A DNA stretch of 64,000 nucleotides from Nannocystis bainbridge (GCF_028368995.1 NZ_JAQNDL010000001.1:704001-768000), one strand, 5' to 3'. Numbered from the stretch's first letter, positions 35,758 through 47,911 are shown. Notes: generated from the letters alone by a model not told the origin. Numbers and translations: made by a program.

Positions 35758-36270
35758 TCAATCCTGCCAGTAGCAATAGCCCGACTGGCACTGCATCCCG
35801 TCCGGGCAGATCTGCCCGCCCGCGCAGTAGAGGGCGCAGCCGTTGGCGCCGCTGCCGAGGATCGCCGCGCACACCGGCACGGAGGTCCCGGTCGCCGGCG
35901 GGGCGAAGCAGTCGCACACGTCGACGCAGTCGCGGATCCCACACACGCTGAGGCCGCCGCTGGTGGGCGCCAGGCACAGCAATTGGCCAGTCGCCCCGCT
36001 CTCCTGCCATTCGCAGCCGGACAGGTCGCCGGGCTGACACTGCCCCCAATCCCCGATCGCGTGGGCGGCACAGCCGTCGTCGACCGTGGTGTTCTGCCCG
36101 GCCGTGCTCGTGGTGCCCGTGGTCGTCAGCTCGGCGCTCGTGTCCGTGGCCGTCGTCGTCGTCGTCGTCGTGCTCGTCCCGGCCGCCGTGTCGGTGGTCC
36201 CCCCGATCTGGCCCTGACAGGCGAACGACAGCGAGAGCAGGAGCGTGGCGGCGCGGCGCGAGGCGAGCAT
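35758..36270 (-). CDS. Thr-rich, Cys-rich lipoprotein
   Basis: MLASRRAATLLLSLSFAC lipobox; C-terminal CALYC...CPDGMQC..GYCYW. Confidence 0.78.
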   Translation of the reverse strand: MLASRRAATLLLSLSFACQGQIGGTTDTAAGTSTTTTTTTATDTSAELTTTGTTSTAGQNTTVDDGCAAHAIGDWGQCQPGDLSGCEWQESGATGQLLCLAPTSGGLSVCGIRDCVDVCDCFAPPATGTSVPVCAAILGSGANGCALYCAGGQICPDGMQCQSGYCYWQD

Positions 36271-36475
36271 CGCCGCGATCCTACCCGGACTCGCCGCCGC
36301 CGACGCCGGACCCGCCACCGACCGCGAAGCGCCCGTGCTCGCCGCGCGCCGGCCCCCTGTCGCCGCGATCACACGCCCCGCGAACGACCGTACGCGCCCG
36401 CAGACCGCCCGCCTCGCGCGCGATCGCCCGTAGCCGCCCGCCCGCGCGCCGGTGGAGCCGCGGCGCCCGTCGCCC

Positions 36476-36841
36476 ATGACTGCGCCGGTGAACCACTCCG
36501 CCCGCACCCTCGCCCTCCTCCTCGCCCTCGCGGCCCCCGAGCGCGCGCGCGCCGGCGACGACGAGGACGACGGGTACCTGGCCGGCAACAACCACGGCCG
36601 CATCGACCTCATCCACCTCGACAGCGCCGTCCAGGGCCGCGGCCCGTGCGTGCAGATGAAGCCGTCGATCCCCGGCAAGTCGGCGTGGGCCTGCCTGTGG
36701 CGCAACACCCCCCTCTACGTCGAGCTGCGCGAGCTGCTGCAGGCCGCCTTCATCACCGGCAAGCGCTGCATCGTCTACTGGAGCGGCGTCGACCCCCGGG
36801 GCCACAAGACCATCGACCGCGTCGAGTGCTGGCGCACCTGA
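36476..36841 (+). CDS. small secreted hypothetical protein
   Basis: Signal peptide ending ARA, about 90-aa domain with 4 Cys. Confidence 0.7.
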   Translation: MTAPVNHSARTLALLLALAAPERARAGDDEDDGYLAGNNHGRIDLIHLDSAVQGRGPCVQMKPSIPGKSAWACLWRNTPLYVELRELLQAAFITGKRCIVYWSGVDPRGHKTIDRVECWRT

Positions 36842-36866
36842 GACGGCGCGACCTGGCAGGCCTTTC

Positions 36867-36890
36867 GGACATGACCATGAGACCATGCTT
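36867..36890. repeat. 14-bp-phased CATG pair
   Basis: CATG at 36870 and 36884, behind the stop at 36841 and abutting the IS3 remnant. Confidence 0.5.
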
Positions 36891-36913
36891 CAAACGCTGT
36901 GTACGAGAGCCCG

Positions 36914-37076
36914 AGGACGGCCATCTCGGAGTGGATCGAAGTGTTCTATAATCGCCCGCGTCGCGACTCGTCGATCGGCGACTCGACCCCGATCGCCTAC
37001 GAGGAGAACTTCTACGCCGAGCAGGCGCAGACTCAAGCGGCATAAGCAAGGTGTCCACCTTTTCGGGGCAATCCCT
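36914..37076 (+). mobile_element. IS3-family transposase 3' remnant with right inverted repeat
   Basis: My translation RTAISEWIEVFYNRPRRDSSIGDSTPIAYEENFY...AA* (stop 37043-37045) matches the IS3 OrfB C-terminus (I..FYN..R.HS.LG..SP..YE); followed by GTGTCCACCTTTTCGGGGCAATCCC, an IS3-like end. Confidence 0.8.
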
Positions 37077-37100
37077 CTCGCAAGCAGAGGTCGCTAGGGA

Positions 37101-37412
37101 TCACTCGGGCGAACGGTTGCCGCTCGGTCCAGGCGGAAGCTCGGCCCGCCCTGTTGCCAGCGCACGGCGCCGGCGGACGACGAGGGCACGCAGGCCCCGC
37201 TCGACGACACCGAACCCGAGAACGGGCCCGAGCAACGCGGCGATGAACGCGGCTGGCAGCTCGAAGCCGGCGTAGAGCACGATCCAGCCGAGGGCGACGG
37301 AGAATGCGCCAATCGCCGCGCCGAGGAACGAGCAAAACAGCGGCCAGTCCCACTTGAGCGCGCGCCAGAACCACCAGGTGGGCAGGAACCCGAGACGCTG
37401 TGGATGCGTCAT
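37101..37412 (-). CDS. small membrane protein (2 TM), possible immunity protein
   Basis: MTHPQRLGFLPTWWFWRALKWDWPLFCSFLGAAIGAF...; lies downstream of the Cys-rich ORF. Confidence 0.55.
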   Translation of the reverse strand: MTHPQRLGFLPTWWFWRALKWDWPLFCSFLGAAIGAFSVALGWIVLYAGFELPAAFIAALLGPVLGFGVVERGLRALVVRRRRALATGRAELPPGPSGNRSPE

Positions 37413-37471
37413 CAGACGGCGCTGCGCGTCGCGCTGGCTCGGGAAACTCGCGGGAACTAGCACGCCCACGG

Positions 37472-38067
37472 TCACCCCTCCGTCCAACCCGGCTCGCAGG
37501 TCTCGGGCTCGCTCTCGCATGCCTTCTCGACCAGCCAGCCGCACCCGACGGCGAGGGCCGCCGAGACGGCGCACGTGAACGCCGCCGCGGGCGGGATGCA
37601 CCCGAGCACGCCGATGAACGCGCATTTCGCTTGTTCCTCCGCCTTGCCGCGCGTCGCTCCGCAGGCGTCGGCGGGCGCCCCTACGTCCGCCTCGAACACC
37701 CGGACCTGAAGCACGGCGAAGGCCGCGAGCATTTCGACCGCGCGGGGCGACGTGTCGGCAAGCAGCTCGACGCCCGCCGGCGTCGCCTGGGGGCCGTCGT
37801 CCGAGCCCGTGAAGAGCAGGACGCCGTCGGCGACGTACTCGGTAAGCAGGCCAGCGCCTTGCTTGGTGGTTCGGAGCTCGAGCTGAACCGCCGCCCGTCC
37901 CCGGTAGCGAGTCGCGGAGCGGACCCGTCGAACGCCGGTCGTTGCGTCGCAAACGTCCGAGACAGGCGCGAGAGACTGCGCCAGCAACCGCTGGGCTCCG
38001 GCTGCGTGGACCAGAGCGGCGTCGGTGGCGGCGAGGAAGTTTGAAAGGATGAGAGTGACAGTTCACG
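37472..38067 (-). pseudogene. protein with Cys-rich hydrophobic C-terminus; 5' end apparently frameshifted
   Basis: The frame of ORF 37472-37987 stays open upstream (TVTLILSNFLAATDAALVHA) to a stop next to an out-of-frame GTG near 38066; C-terminus CAFIGVLGCIPPAAAFTCAVSAALAVGCGWLVEKACE. Confidence 0.5.
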
Positions 38068-38306
38068 AGCTCGCCTCGCAAATCTGACAGCCACGGGTGA
38101 ACGCATCTCGTGTCCTTCACTGGCGACGAAAGCGAGGAAGCGAGTGCTCCGGTTCGCGTGCGCAACGAATTATGGTCCTGGAGATCTGGGGGAAACGCGA
38201 CGGGTCCGCGCGACAGAGGCCGATCTGGGGGGCTGGAATGAGCACGCAGGACGGGCGTTCGGCACCGAAGTGCGGGACAGCGCGGTGCCCCGAGTATCCT
38301 TGTCGC

Positions 38307-38935
38307 ATGCGCCGCCTCGCGCTCGCCGTCGCCGTCGCCGCCCTCGCCTGCGGCACCAACACGTCGCCGGGGTTCTCGACGGGGCCGGGTATGACGTCCG
38401 TGACGACGCCGGGCACGTCGACCTCGACCTCGTCCACCAGCTCCGCGGGCTCGTCTTCGACCTCCACGTCCGGCGGCGCCGAGCCCGAGGCTTCGACCGG
38501 CACATCATCAGCGTGAACACGGACGAAAAGTGGCGCGGCCTACACTGCGAAGCGGCCGAAAACTGCGGGAACAAGGGCAACTGCGGCCCAAACGCCATGG
38601 ACTACGTCTGCGGCTCGCACGCCGACACCGTGTTCAAGTGCGACCGGACCCGCGGCGCCGGCCTGCTCTACAACGCCGGCCCCTACGCCACCAACCACGT
38701 GTGCGAGCTCTACGGGGGCAACCGCTACATCATCGAGGGCGAGACCGGCCCGGACGCGTTCGCCTGCATCGCCCAGGTGGGCACCTTCGGCGACGATCCG
38801 CCGCTCGCCGACACCCTCGTCGCCGCGGTGTCCGACGAGCTCAACGGCCCGGGCGGCTGCAACGAGGGGTTCTTGCGCGACGACGCGCTGCTCGTGTTCG
38901 TCTTCATCATGGACAACGAGGACGACGAGTCGGCG
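38307..38935 (+). pseudogene. internally deleted/frameshifted myxobacterial vWA-like lipoprotein
   Basis: MRRLALAVAVAALAC plus Thr/Ser linker stops at 38516; another frame carries CDRTRGAG...FACIAQVGT...NGPGGCNEGFLRDDALLVFVFIMD, then breaks off. Confidence 0.65.
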
Positions 38936-39093
38936 TCGGCTTCGCCGTCCCGATCGGCGCCGGCATCCAGGGCATGATCGGCGACCACTTCCTGCTCGGC
39001 TTCGAGCCGCGCGCGGTGTTCGACATGTTCTTCGGCGGCCGCGGCGTCGCCTCCTCGTTCGACGCCCGCGTCACCCTCGGCGCCAAGTTCTGA
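38930..39093 (+). pseudogene. orphan C-terminal strands of an outer-membrane beta-barrel protein
   Basis: VGVGFAVPIGAGIQGMIGDHFLLGFEPR...SFDARVTLGAKF*: alternating hydrophobic strands and terminal Phe, no N-terminal part. Confidence 0.55.
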
Positions 39094-39116
39094 GCCGGCT
39101 CGCGGGGAGGCGCCGA

Positions 39117-39182
39117 TCACATGCCCTCGGAGACATGCCCGTTCGAACATGCTCCAATCGACATGTCCGATACGACATGTCC
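39117..39182. repeat. 14-bp-phased CATG palindrome array (5 units)
   Basis: CATG at 39120, 39134, 39148, 39162, 39176. Confidence 0.9.
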
Positions 39183-39485
39183 CATGAGCCTCCCTGACCA
39201 CTCGGCAGCGATCCCACCGCGGCCCGCCTCGCCGTCTCGGGCCGATCCCCCGCCGCGGACGTCGTCGCCCGTGCCGCCCCCGCGACGATCTCGCGGACTC
39301 GCCGTCGGCGCCGCTGCCCGCCGCGGCGACACGATCACTACCGCCGCCAGCCGCCGCGGATCGCGGAGTCCCCGAAGCGAGCCGCCGCGGACGGACCTTC
39401 GCGTCTCTGGCCGCCGCGCCTCCGCGGCGCGAGAACGCACGTACCACCGGCGACGCCCTCCGCTATCCTCCCCTCGCTCGCGTCC

Positions 39486-41297
39486 ATGTCCCAAGCAAGC
39501 TCCGCCCCGTCGCATCCCCCGCGTTATGACATCGTGATCGGCGGGGGCGGCCTCGCCGGTCAGGCCCTCGCCCGTCAGCTCCGCCGCGAGGTCCCCGAGG
39601 CCACCGTCGCCGTCGTCGAGCGCCAGCGCCGGCCGCTGCCCGTCGCCGCCCACAAGGTCGGCGAGTCGTCGGTCGAGCTGTCCTCGCACTACTTCAGCGT
39701 CATCCTCGGCCTCGACGAGTACCTGCGGGCCAAGCACTACCTCAAGAACGGCCTGCGCTTCTACCCCGGCGGCGGCCACACCCACGCGCTCGAGGACCGC
39801 ACCGAGATCGGCCCGCCCGAGCGGGCCACGGTGCCCTCCTTCCAGCTCGATCGCGGCCGCCTCGAACAGGACCTTCGGGACATGAACGAAGAGGCAGGCG
39901 TCACCTTGATCGAGGGCTGCGTCGTCAGGGACGTCACCCTCGCCGAGGACGACGGCGACCACCTCGTCCACGTCGAGGCCCACGGCGGCGGCGAGCCGCG
40001 GACCTTGCGGGCCGGGTGGTTCGTCGACGCCACCGGTCGCCGCGGCCTGCTGCGGGCCAAGCTCGGCCTCACCCGCCCGAGCGGCCACCTCGCCAACGCC
40101 GCCTGGTGGCGCGTCGCCGGCCGCGTCGACGTCGCCGACCTCGTGCCCGCCAGCGCGACCACCTGGCACGGGCGCGACCCCGAGCACATCCGCTGGTACT
40201 CGACCGTCCACTTCATGGGCCCCGGCTACTGGCTCTGGTACATCCCGCTGGCCCCGGGCGACGACGGCCAGGCCCACACCTCGATCGGCATCGTCGTCCA
40301 CGACGAGCTGCACCCGTTCGACACCATCCGCACCCGCGAGCGCTCGCTCGCCTGGGTCGAGAAGCACGAGCCCCTCTGCTTCGCCCAGATCAAGGACCTG
40401 CCGATGGTCGATTTCCTGACCCTCAAGCACTACAGCCACGCGACCGAGCGCATGTACTCGCCGCAGCGCTGGTCGCTGATCGGCGACGCCGGGGCCTTCA
40501 CCGACCCCTTCTATTCGCCGGGCTCCGACTTCATCGCCCTCGCCGCCAGCTTCACCGTCGAGATCGTCAAGGCCCGGCTGCGCGGCGGCGACTTCGCCGA
40601 GGCCGCCGAGCGCTTCAATCGCCTCTACCTGCTGTTCTTCGACACCACCTGCGAGCTCTACCGCAAGGCCGCCCCCGTCTACGGCAGCCCGCGCGTGCTG
40701 CCGGCCAAGGTCTACTGGGACGACTTCGTCTACTGGTCGTTCGTCTGCCAGTACTTCTTCCGCGGCCTCTACAAGCTGCCGGGCGACCAGCAGGCGCGCT
40801 TCGAGCAGCTCGGCCTCGAGTTCGCCGCCCTGCAGTTCCGCGCCCAGAAGCTGCTGAGCGAGTGGGCTCGCCGCGCCGACAACACCCCGCGGCCCGTCAG
40901 CGTCGACCTGCCCGTCATCCCCTCGATGCTCGCCACCCTCTACCTCGACCTCGTGCGCGACATGAGCCCCGACGAGGTCTTCGCGTACATGCAAGACAAG
41001 CTGGTCCAGGCCGGCGAGATCCTCGGCGAGCTGGCCCTGCGCGCCCTCGCCGACCTCGCCCCCGGCGCGCGCGACGAGCTGACCCGCGCCGTCGACCTCC
41101 CGAGCTGGCCCCGCCGCCCCCCCGCCGACCGCATCGCCAACGAGGCCGAAGTCGGCGGCAAACGCCGCCGCGCCCTCCTCCCGGTCATCCGCGACATGGA
41201 GCGCACCCTCGGCCGCCTCACCGGTGACCACGACGCCGCCACCCTCGAGGCCCTGGTCGCCCACGCCTTCGCCCCGCCGGCGCAGGCCGCAGGCTGA
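39486..41297 (+). CDS. flavin-dependent halogenase-like FAD oxidoreductase
   Basis: GGGGLAG, HKVGESS, QLDRGRLE, VDATGR, WLWYIPL (WxWxIP), GDAGAFTDPFYSPG. Confidence 0.82.
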   Translation: MSQASSAPSHPPRYDIVIGGGGLAGQALARQLRREVPEATVAVVERQRRPLPVAAHKVGESSVELSSHYFSVILGLDEYLRAKHYLKNGLRFYPGGGHTHALEDRTEIGPPERATVPSFQLDRGRLEQDLRDMNEEAGVTLIEGCVVRDVTLAEDDGDHLVHVEAHGGGEPRTLRAGWFVDATGRRGLLRAKLGLTRPSGHLANAAWWRVAGRVDVADLVPASATTWHGRDPEHIRWYSTVHFMGPGYWLWYIPLAPGDDGQAHTSIGIVVHDELHPFDTIRTRERSLAWVEKHEPLCFAQIKDLPMVDFLTLKHYSHATERMYSPQRWSLIGDAGAFTDPFYSPGSDFIALAASFTVEIVKARLRGGDFAEAAERFNRLYLLFFDTTCELYRKAAPVYGSPRVLPAKVYWDDFVYWSFVCQYFFRGLYKLPGDQQARFEQLGLEFAALQFRAQKLLSEWARRADNTPRPVSVDLPVIPSMLATLYLDLVRDMSPDEVFAYMQDKLVQAGEILGELALRALADLAPGARDELTRAVDLPSWPRRPPADRIANEAEVGGKRRRALLPVIRDMERTLGRLTGDHDAATLEALVAHAFAPPAQAAG

Positions 41298-41388
41298 CTT
41301 GTCCAAAGGGACATGTCTCGATGGACATGTCCTTCACCACAGGTCCATCAGGACATGCCCCCATGTGCATGTCCCCAGAGACACGACC
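41295..41388. repeat. 14-bp-phased CATG palindrome array (7 units, 3 degenerate)
   Basis: CTTG 41298, CATG 41312, CATG 41326, CAGG 41340, CATG 41354, CATG 41368, CACG 41382; spans the whole gap between convergent stops. Confidence 0.9.
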
Positions 41389-41390
41389 GC

Positions 41391-41999
41391 TCACCGCACG
41401 AAGTTCAAATGATAATGCGGCGTGCTCGTGCGGCTCTCGTCGACCACCGCGATCCCGCGCGCCTTGGCCAGCCGCTTCAGGATCGCCCGCTCGCGCTTCT
41501 CGAGCCCGTGGCAGCGGACATCGACCGCCCCCTCGCGCAGGTGCTTCGACACGAAATCACCCGCTGCCACCTGGGCCTGGATCACCGCGGTCAAGGCCGC
41601 CAGCGCCGCCGCTCGCCCTGCTGTCCGTGCCGTCGCGTACGCCTCCACGACCGCCCTGGCCGCCGACTTGTTGGCGTAGTTGCGGACCACATCGTCCCCG
41701 CGCTCGAGGTTGCGCAGCATCAGCTCCGCCTGCACCTCGGGTCGCCGCGTCCCGTCCGTGATCATCAACGGCTTGCCGGTCGCCTGGTGGAACGCCGCCG
41801 CCAGCTCCGCCAGCCGCGGCTCGATCGCCGGCGGCACCTCGACCCCGGGCGCCTGCGAATAATCGGCGTTCACCACCACGACCGACGCCGCGGCGCTCTC
41901 GACCGCCAGCGGCGCGCTCGACGATTCACCCGTCGACACCTCGGCGCTCGCCGGCTCGCCCGTCAGCGCCCCCAGCAGCGCGATCGCTCGACCGATCAT
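41391..41999 (-). CDS. secreted zinc peptidase of M15/DD-peptidase (Hedgehog-like) fold
   Basis: ITDGTRRPEVQA, SKHLREGAVD (SxHxxGxAxD-like), PHYH. Confidence 0.7.
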   Translation of the reverse strand: MIGRAIALLGALTGEPASAEVSTGESSSAPLAVESAAASVVVVNADYSQAPGVEVPPAIEPRLAELAAAFHQATGKPLMITDGTRRPEVQAELMLRNLERGDDVVRNYANKSAARAVVEAYATARTAGRAAALAALTAVIQAQVAAGDFVSKHLREGAVDVRCHGLEKRERAILKRLAKARGIAVVDESRTSTPHYHLNFVR

Positions 42000-42192
42000 C
42001 CCCGCGACCATACCTCAACTCTCCGCAGCGACCGCTCGCCCCGCTCGGCCGCGACCTCGTCCCTGGGCTCGTCCCGCGACCTCGCCGCCTCGCGCGGCCG
42101 GTTCGGCGAGGGCCCGCGCGGCTCCCCAGTCGAGCGATTTCGCCCCCTCGTCTTGCTGCCCCATCGACCCCGACCTTGATTACCCTGCACCC

Positions 42193-42693
42193 GTGATCGC
42201 GCGACCGCTCCTCGTCCTCGTCCTCCTGGGCGCTTGCGGCTCCGAAGCGGCCAAGCCTGCCCCTGCGCCGGCCGAGCCGCCGGCCAAGGCCTCCGAGCCG
42301 CCGGCCAAGGCCGCCCCGTTCGCCGAGCCCAAGCTCAAGCCGCCCCCGCCGCCCGAGGGCGCCGCGCTCCTGCCCGACCGCAAGCTGCCGCTCTACGTCC
42401 AGCGCTGCGACACGGGCCACCCCTGCCCCGATCTGCTGCAGCCGGCCGGCGAGACCCACTGCCGCGACCTCGAGCTCGGCGGCTTCAAGCACTGGCGCCT
42501 GCCTGACCGCCTCGAGGTCAAGCGCTTCGGCGAGATCGCCGACCTCGCGCAGGCCGAAGGCTTCCACTGGACCCGCACCGCCTTCGCCGAGGACACCGCC
42601 CAGGCCTGGATCGTCGACCCGAAATCGGGCCAGGAGACCACCATCCCGCGCGATCGCAAGCCGTTCCGCGTCCGCTGCGTGTTCGAGCCGTGA
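42193..42693 (+). CDS. lipoprotein with Lcl/DUF1566-like domain
   Basis: VLLGAC lipobox; C..LELGGFKHWRLP..LE, FHWT, AWIV, VRCV. Confidence 0.72.
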   Translation: MIARPLLVLVLLGACGSEAAKPAPAPAEPPAKASEPPAKAAPFAEPKLKPPPPPEGAALLPDRKLPLYVQRCDTGHPCPDLLQPAGETHCRDLELGGFKHWRLPDRLEVKRFGEIADLAQAEGFHWTRTAFAEDTAQAWIVDPKSGQETTIPRDRKPFRVRCVFEP

Positions 42694-42761
42694 CCGCCCC
42701 GCCGGTCCTTCCGCGCGCGCCCCGTTCGAGCCGCGCGCTCCCGCCTGCTATCGTCCTCCGC

Positions 42762-43280
42762 GTGCGTCGCCTCGCCGTCGTCCTCGCCCTCGTCGCCTGT
42801 GGCCCGCCGTCCTTGCCGGCGGTGACCGACGGCGACGCGGCCGGCCCCGGCACCACGGCCGGCGCGGGCAGCTCGAGCACGACCGGCTGCATGGTGAGCG
42901 GCGACTGCGACACCGACGCGATCTGCGTCGCCGCCTACGGCCCCACCACCGGCGAGCTGGGCGGCGAGCGCGGCCCGGCCGAGTGCACCGACGAGACCGC
43001 CTGCATCGACGCGCTCGATCTGACGCGCTGGTGCTTCGATCACCAGTCGTGCTGCGGCGACCTGCGCTGCCGCACCGCCGACGGCGTCTGCGAACCACCT
43101 GACCTCGGGGTCAGCACCGGCGAAACCACGACCGGCGATCCCACCACGAGCGACGACACCACCACGACCTCGACCGGCGCCACCACGACCGGCGCCACCA
43201 CGACCGGCGACACCACGACCGGCGACACCACCACGACCGGCGACACCACCGGCTCGACCTCGAGCAGCACCACCGGCTGA
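42762..43280 (+). CDS. Cys-rich lipoprotein with Thr-rich tail
   Basis: GTG start, RRLAVVLALVAC lipobox, Cys-rich core, TTTG repeats. Confidence 0.7.
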   Translation: MRRLAVVLALVACGPPSLPAVTDGDAAGPGTTAGAGSSSTTGCMVSGDCDTDAICVAAYGPTTGELGGERGPAECTDETACIDALDLTRWCFDHQSCCGDLRCRTADGVCEPPDLGVSTGETTTGDPTTSDDTTTTSTGATTTGATTTGDTTTGDTTTTGDTTGSTSSSTTG

Positions 43281-43287
43281 TCGCCCT

Positions 43288-43440
43288 CGCCGATCGACCT
43301 CAGGCCGCTCACCGCCCTGGCGATCGACCTCGAACCGCCCCTCGCCGTCACGGCGATCGACCGCGAGCCAGAGTGACGACCCTCCGGGCGATCGACCTCG
43401 CGCCTGCAGATCGCCGACGGCCAGGCGATCGACCTCGCGC
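43288..43440. repeat. five spaced copies of (GG)CGATCGACC(TCG)
   Basis: CGATCGACC at 43291, 43321, 43354, 43389, 43426, between convergent genes. Confidence 0.8.
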
Positions 43441-43460
43441 CTCCGCGGCGCGTCCGGCGC

Positions 43461-44078
43461 TCAGCCGACGCGATAGTTGGTAGCCAGGCGCACGTACTTG
43501 TGCGCCAGACCACGGTGCATCGCCTCGTCGGCCGCCGTCAGCGTGCGGATCACCTTGCCGGGTGCGCCGAGCACCAGCGAGTGCGGCGGCACCACCGTGC
43601 CGGCGGTGACCAGCGCTCCGGCGCCGACGATCGAGCCCTCGCCGATCACCGCCCCGTCGAGGATGGTCGCCTGGATCCCGACCAGCGTCCCGCCGCCGAT
43701 CCGGCAGCCGTGCACGACCGCCCGGTGGCCGATCACGACCTCCTCGGCGACGAAGGTGGGATCGCGATCGCCGAGGTGGATCACCGTCCCGTCCTGCACA
43801 TTGCTGCGCTCGCGGATCTCGACGCGGTTCACGTCGCCGCGCAGGACGCAGCCGTACCAGACGCTCACGTCGTCGGCGAGCAGCACGTCGCCGATCACGG
43901 CCGCGCCCGCGGCGATGCGGACCCGCTCGCCCACCGCGGGCGCGCGGTCGAGATAGCGCTCGACGATCGCCCCGGGAAACCGGGCCCGGAGCGCGCTGGC
44001 GCGGTCCTCGGCCGCCGCGGCGCCCGCCGGCGGAGCATCCACGCACGCGACCGAATCCACCACTGTTCGCGACGCCAT
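43461..44078 (-). CDS. gamma carbonic anhydrase family (hexapeptide repeat) protein
   Basis: VIGDV...SVWYGCVLRGD...SNVQDGTVIH...IGHRAVVHGC...LVLGAPGK. Confidence 0.9.
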   Translation of the reverse strand: MASRTVVDSVACVDAPPAGAAAAEDRASALRARFPGAIVERYLDRAPAVGERVRIAAGAAVIGDVLLADDVSVWYGCVLRGDVNRVEIRERSNVQDGTVIHLGDRDPTFVAEEVVIGHRAVVHGCRIGGGTLVGIQATILDGAVIGEGSIVGAGALVTAGTVVPPHSLVLGAPGKVIRTLTAADEAMHRGLAHKYVRLATNYRVG

Positions 44079-44148
44079 GAGGGCCCGGAGTCTACCCGTC
44101 TCGCTCGAGGGCTTGCCATCCCCGCGTACGATCGCGTAGAAAAGCCCC

Positions 44149-45348
44149 GTGGCAGCGTCGACGCGATCCAAACCCGCCAAAAAGGCCACCAGCAAGGCCA
44201 CGGCCGCCAAGAGCACCAGCGCCAAGGCCAAGGCCGGCGCCAAGCCGGCCGTGACCAAGAAGGCCCCCGCAGCGGCCAAGAAGGTCGCCGCCGCGAAGCC
44301 CGCCGAAAAGCCCGCCAAGGCTGCCAAGCCTGCCAAGGCCGTCGCCAAGGCGACCCGGGTGAAGGCCAAGGCCAAGGCGGCCGAGGAGCCGAAGACCACC
44401 AAGGTCGCCAAGGCCCCGGTCAAGCCAGCCAAGGCTGAGCCCAAGGCCGAGCCCAAGGCCGAGCCCAAGGCCAAGGTCCCGGCCAAGGCCGCCAAGAAGC
44501 CCGCCGAGGTCGCCAAGCCCGCGCGCAAGCCGGCCAAGGCCCCCGAGCCCGACCTCGAGGACGAGGACGAGGACGCGGTCGAGGCCGCCGAGGAGGAGAT
44601 CGACGAGGTCGAGGCCGATTCCGACGACGACGACGCCGTCGTCGCCGTCCAGGCCCCCCCGGCCCGCCGTGGCAACGAGCTCGACGAGTCCATCCTGTCG
44701 CGCGCGCCCCCCGCCTCGCAGTCCCCGCTCGGGCTCCAGCCCGCGGTCCCGCCGGCCGAGCGCAAGAAGAGCGTGCTGGAGATCGCCGAGGAGGACGACG
44801 AGTTCGACGACGAGCCGCCGCCCCCCAGCCTCGAGAACCTCGGCGCTTTGCTCCAGCGGGTCCACCACCTCGCGCAGTTCGGCACCGAGACCGAGATCCG
44901 CGAGGAGCTGCCGCCGCTGGTCGAGCTGCTCGAGCAGATCGACGACCCGGCCGTGCTGCCGCGCCTGCTCGACCTGCTCGAGGACAACGACCCGCACGGC
45001 GTCTACTGGAACATCCTCTACGTCCTGGAGAACTTCGACCAGTACCTGGCCGTGCTCCTGGGCGGCCTGCCGTCGCTCTACCACCGCGCGCCGGAGTGGG
45101 CCTACACCTGCGTCATCCGGATCCTCCGCACCCGCGGCGACGAGGACGATTGCACCGCGCAGTTCGAGCAGATCATCAACAACGGGCCGCCCGAGACCCG
45201 CACGCTGATGCTGCAGATCCTCCGCGAGCTCAGCGAGCACCCCGACACCGACGCCGACCAGCGGCAGAACGTCGCCCGCACGGTCACCGCGCTCGGTGGT
45301 GACGCCCCCGTCGCCGACAAGGCGCCCGAGCCGACGCCGGCGAGCTGA
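44149..45348 (+). CDS. histone-H1-like Lys/Ala/Pro N-terminus + acidic linker + Imm30-like helical domain
   Basis: About 130 aa of AK/PAK repeats, Asp/Glu tract, then LLEDNDPHGVYWNILYVLENF..YL..LL..LP.LY..APEWA.....RIL. Confidence 0.75.
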   Translation: MAASTRSKPAKKATSKATAAKSTSAKAKAGAKPAVTKKAPAAAKKVAAAKPAEKPAKAAKPAKAVAKATRVKAKAKAAEEPKTTKVAKAPVKPAKAEPKAEPKAEPKAKVPAKAAKKPAEVAKPARKPAKAPEPDLEDEDEDAVEAAEEEIDEVEADSDDDDAVVAVQAPPARRGNELDESILSRAPPASQSPLGLQPAVPPAERKKSVLEIAEEDDEFDDEPPPPSLENLGALLQRVHHLAQFGTETEIREELPPLVELLEQIDDPAVLPRLLDLLEDNDPHGVYWNILYVLENFDQYLAVLLGGLPSLYHRAPEWAYTCVIRILRTRGDEDDCTAQFEQIINNGPPETRTLMLQILRELSEHPDTDADQRQNVARTVTALGGDAPVADKAPEPTPAS

Positions 45349-45349
45349 G

Positions 45350-47911
<2,562 letters not shown>

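Noticed and set aside
43288-43440. CRISPR array
   Set aside because: The repeat is 9-14 bp with steadily changing period and no cas genes; kept only as an unexplained array.
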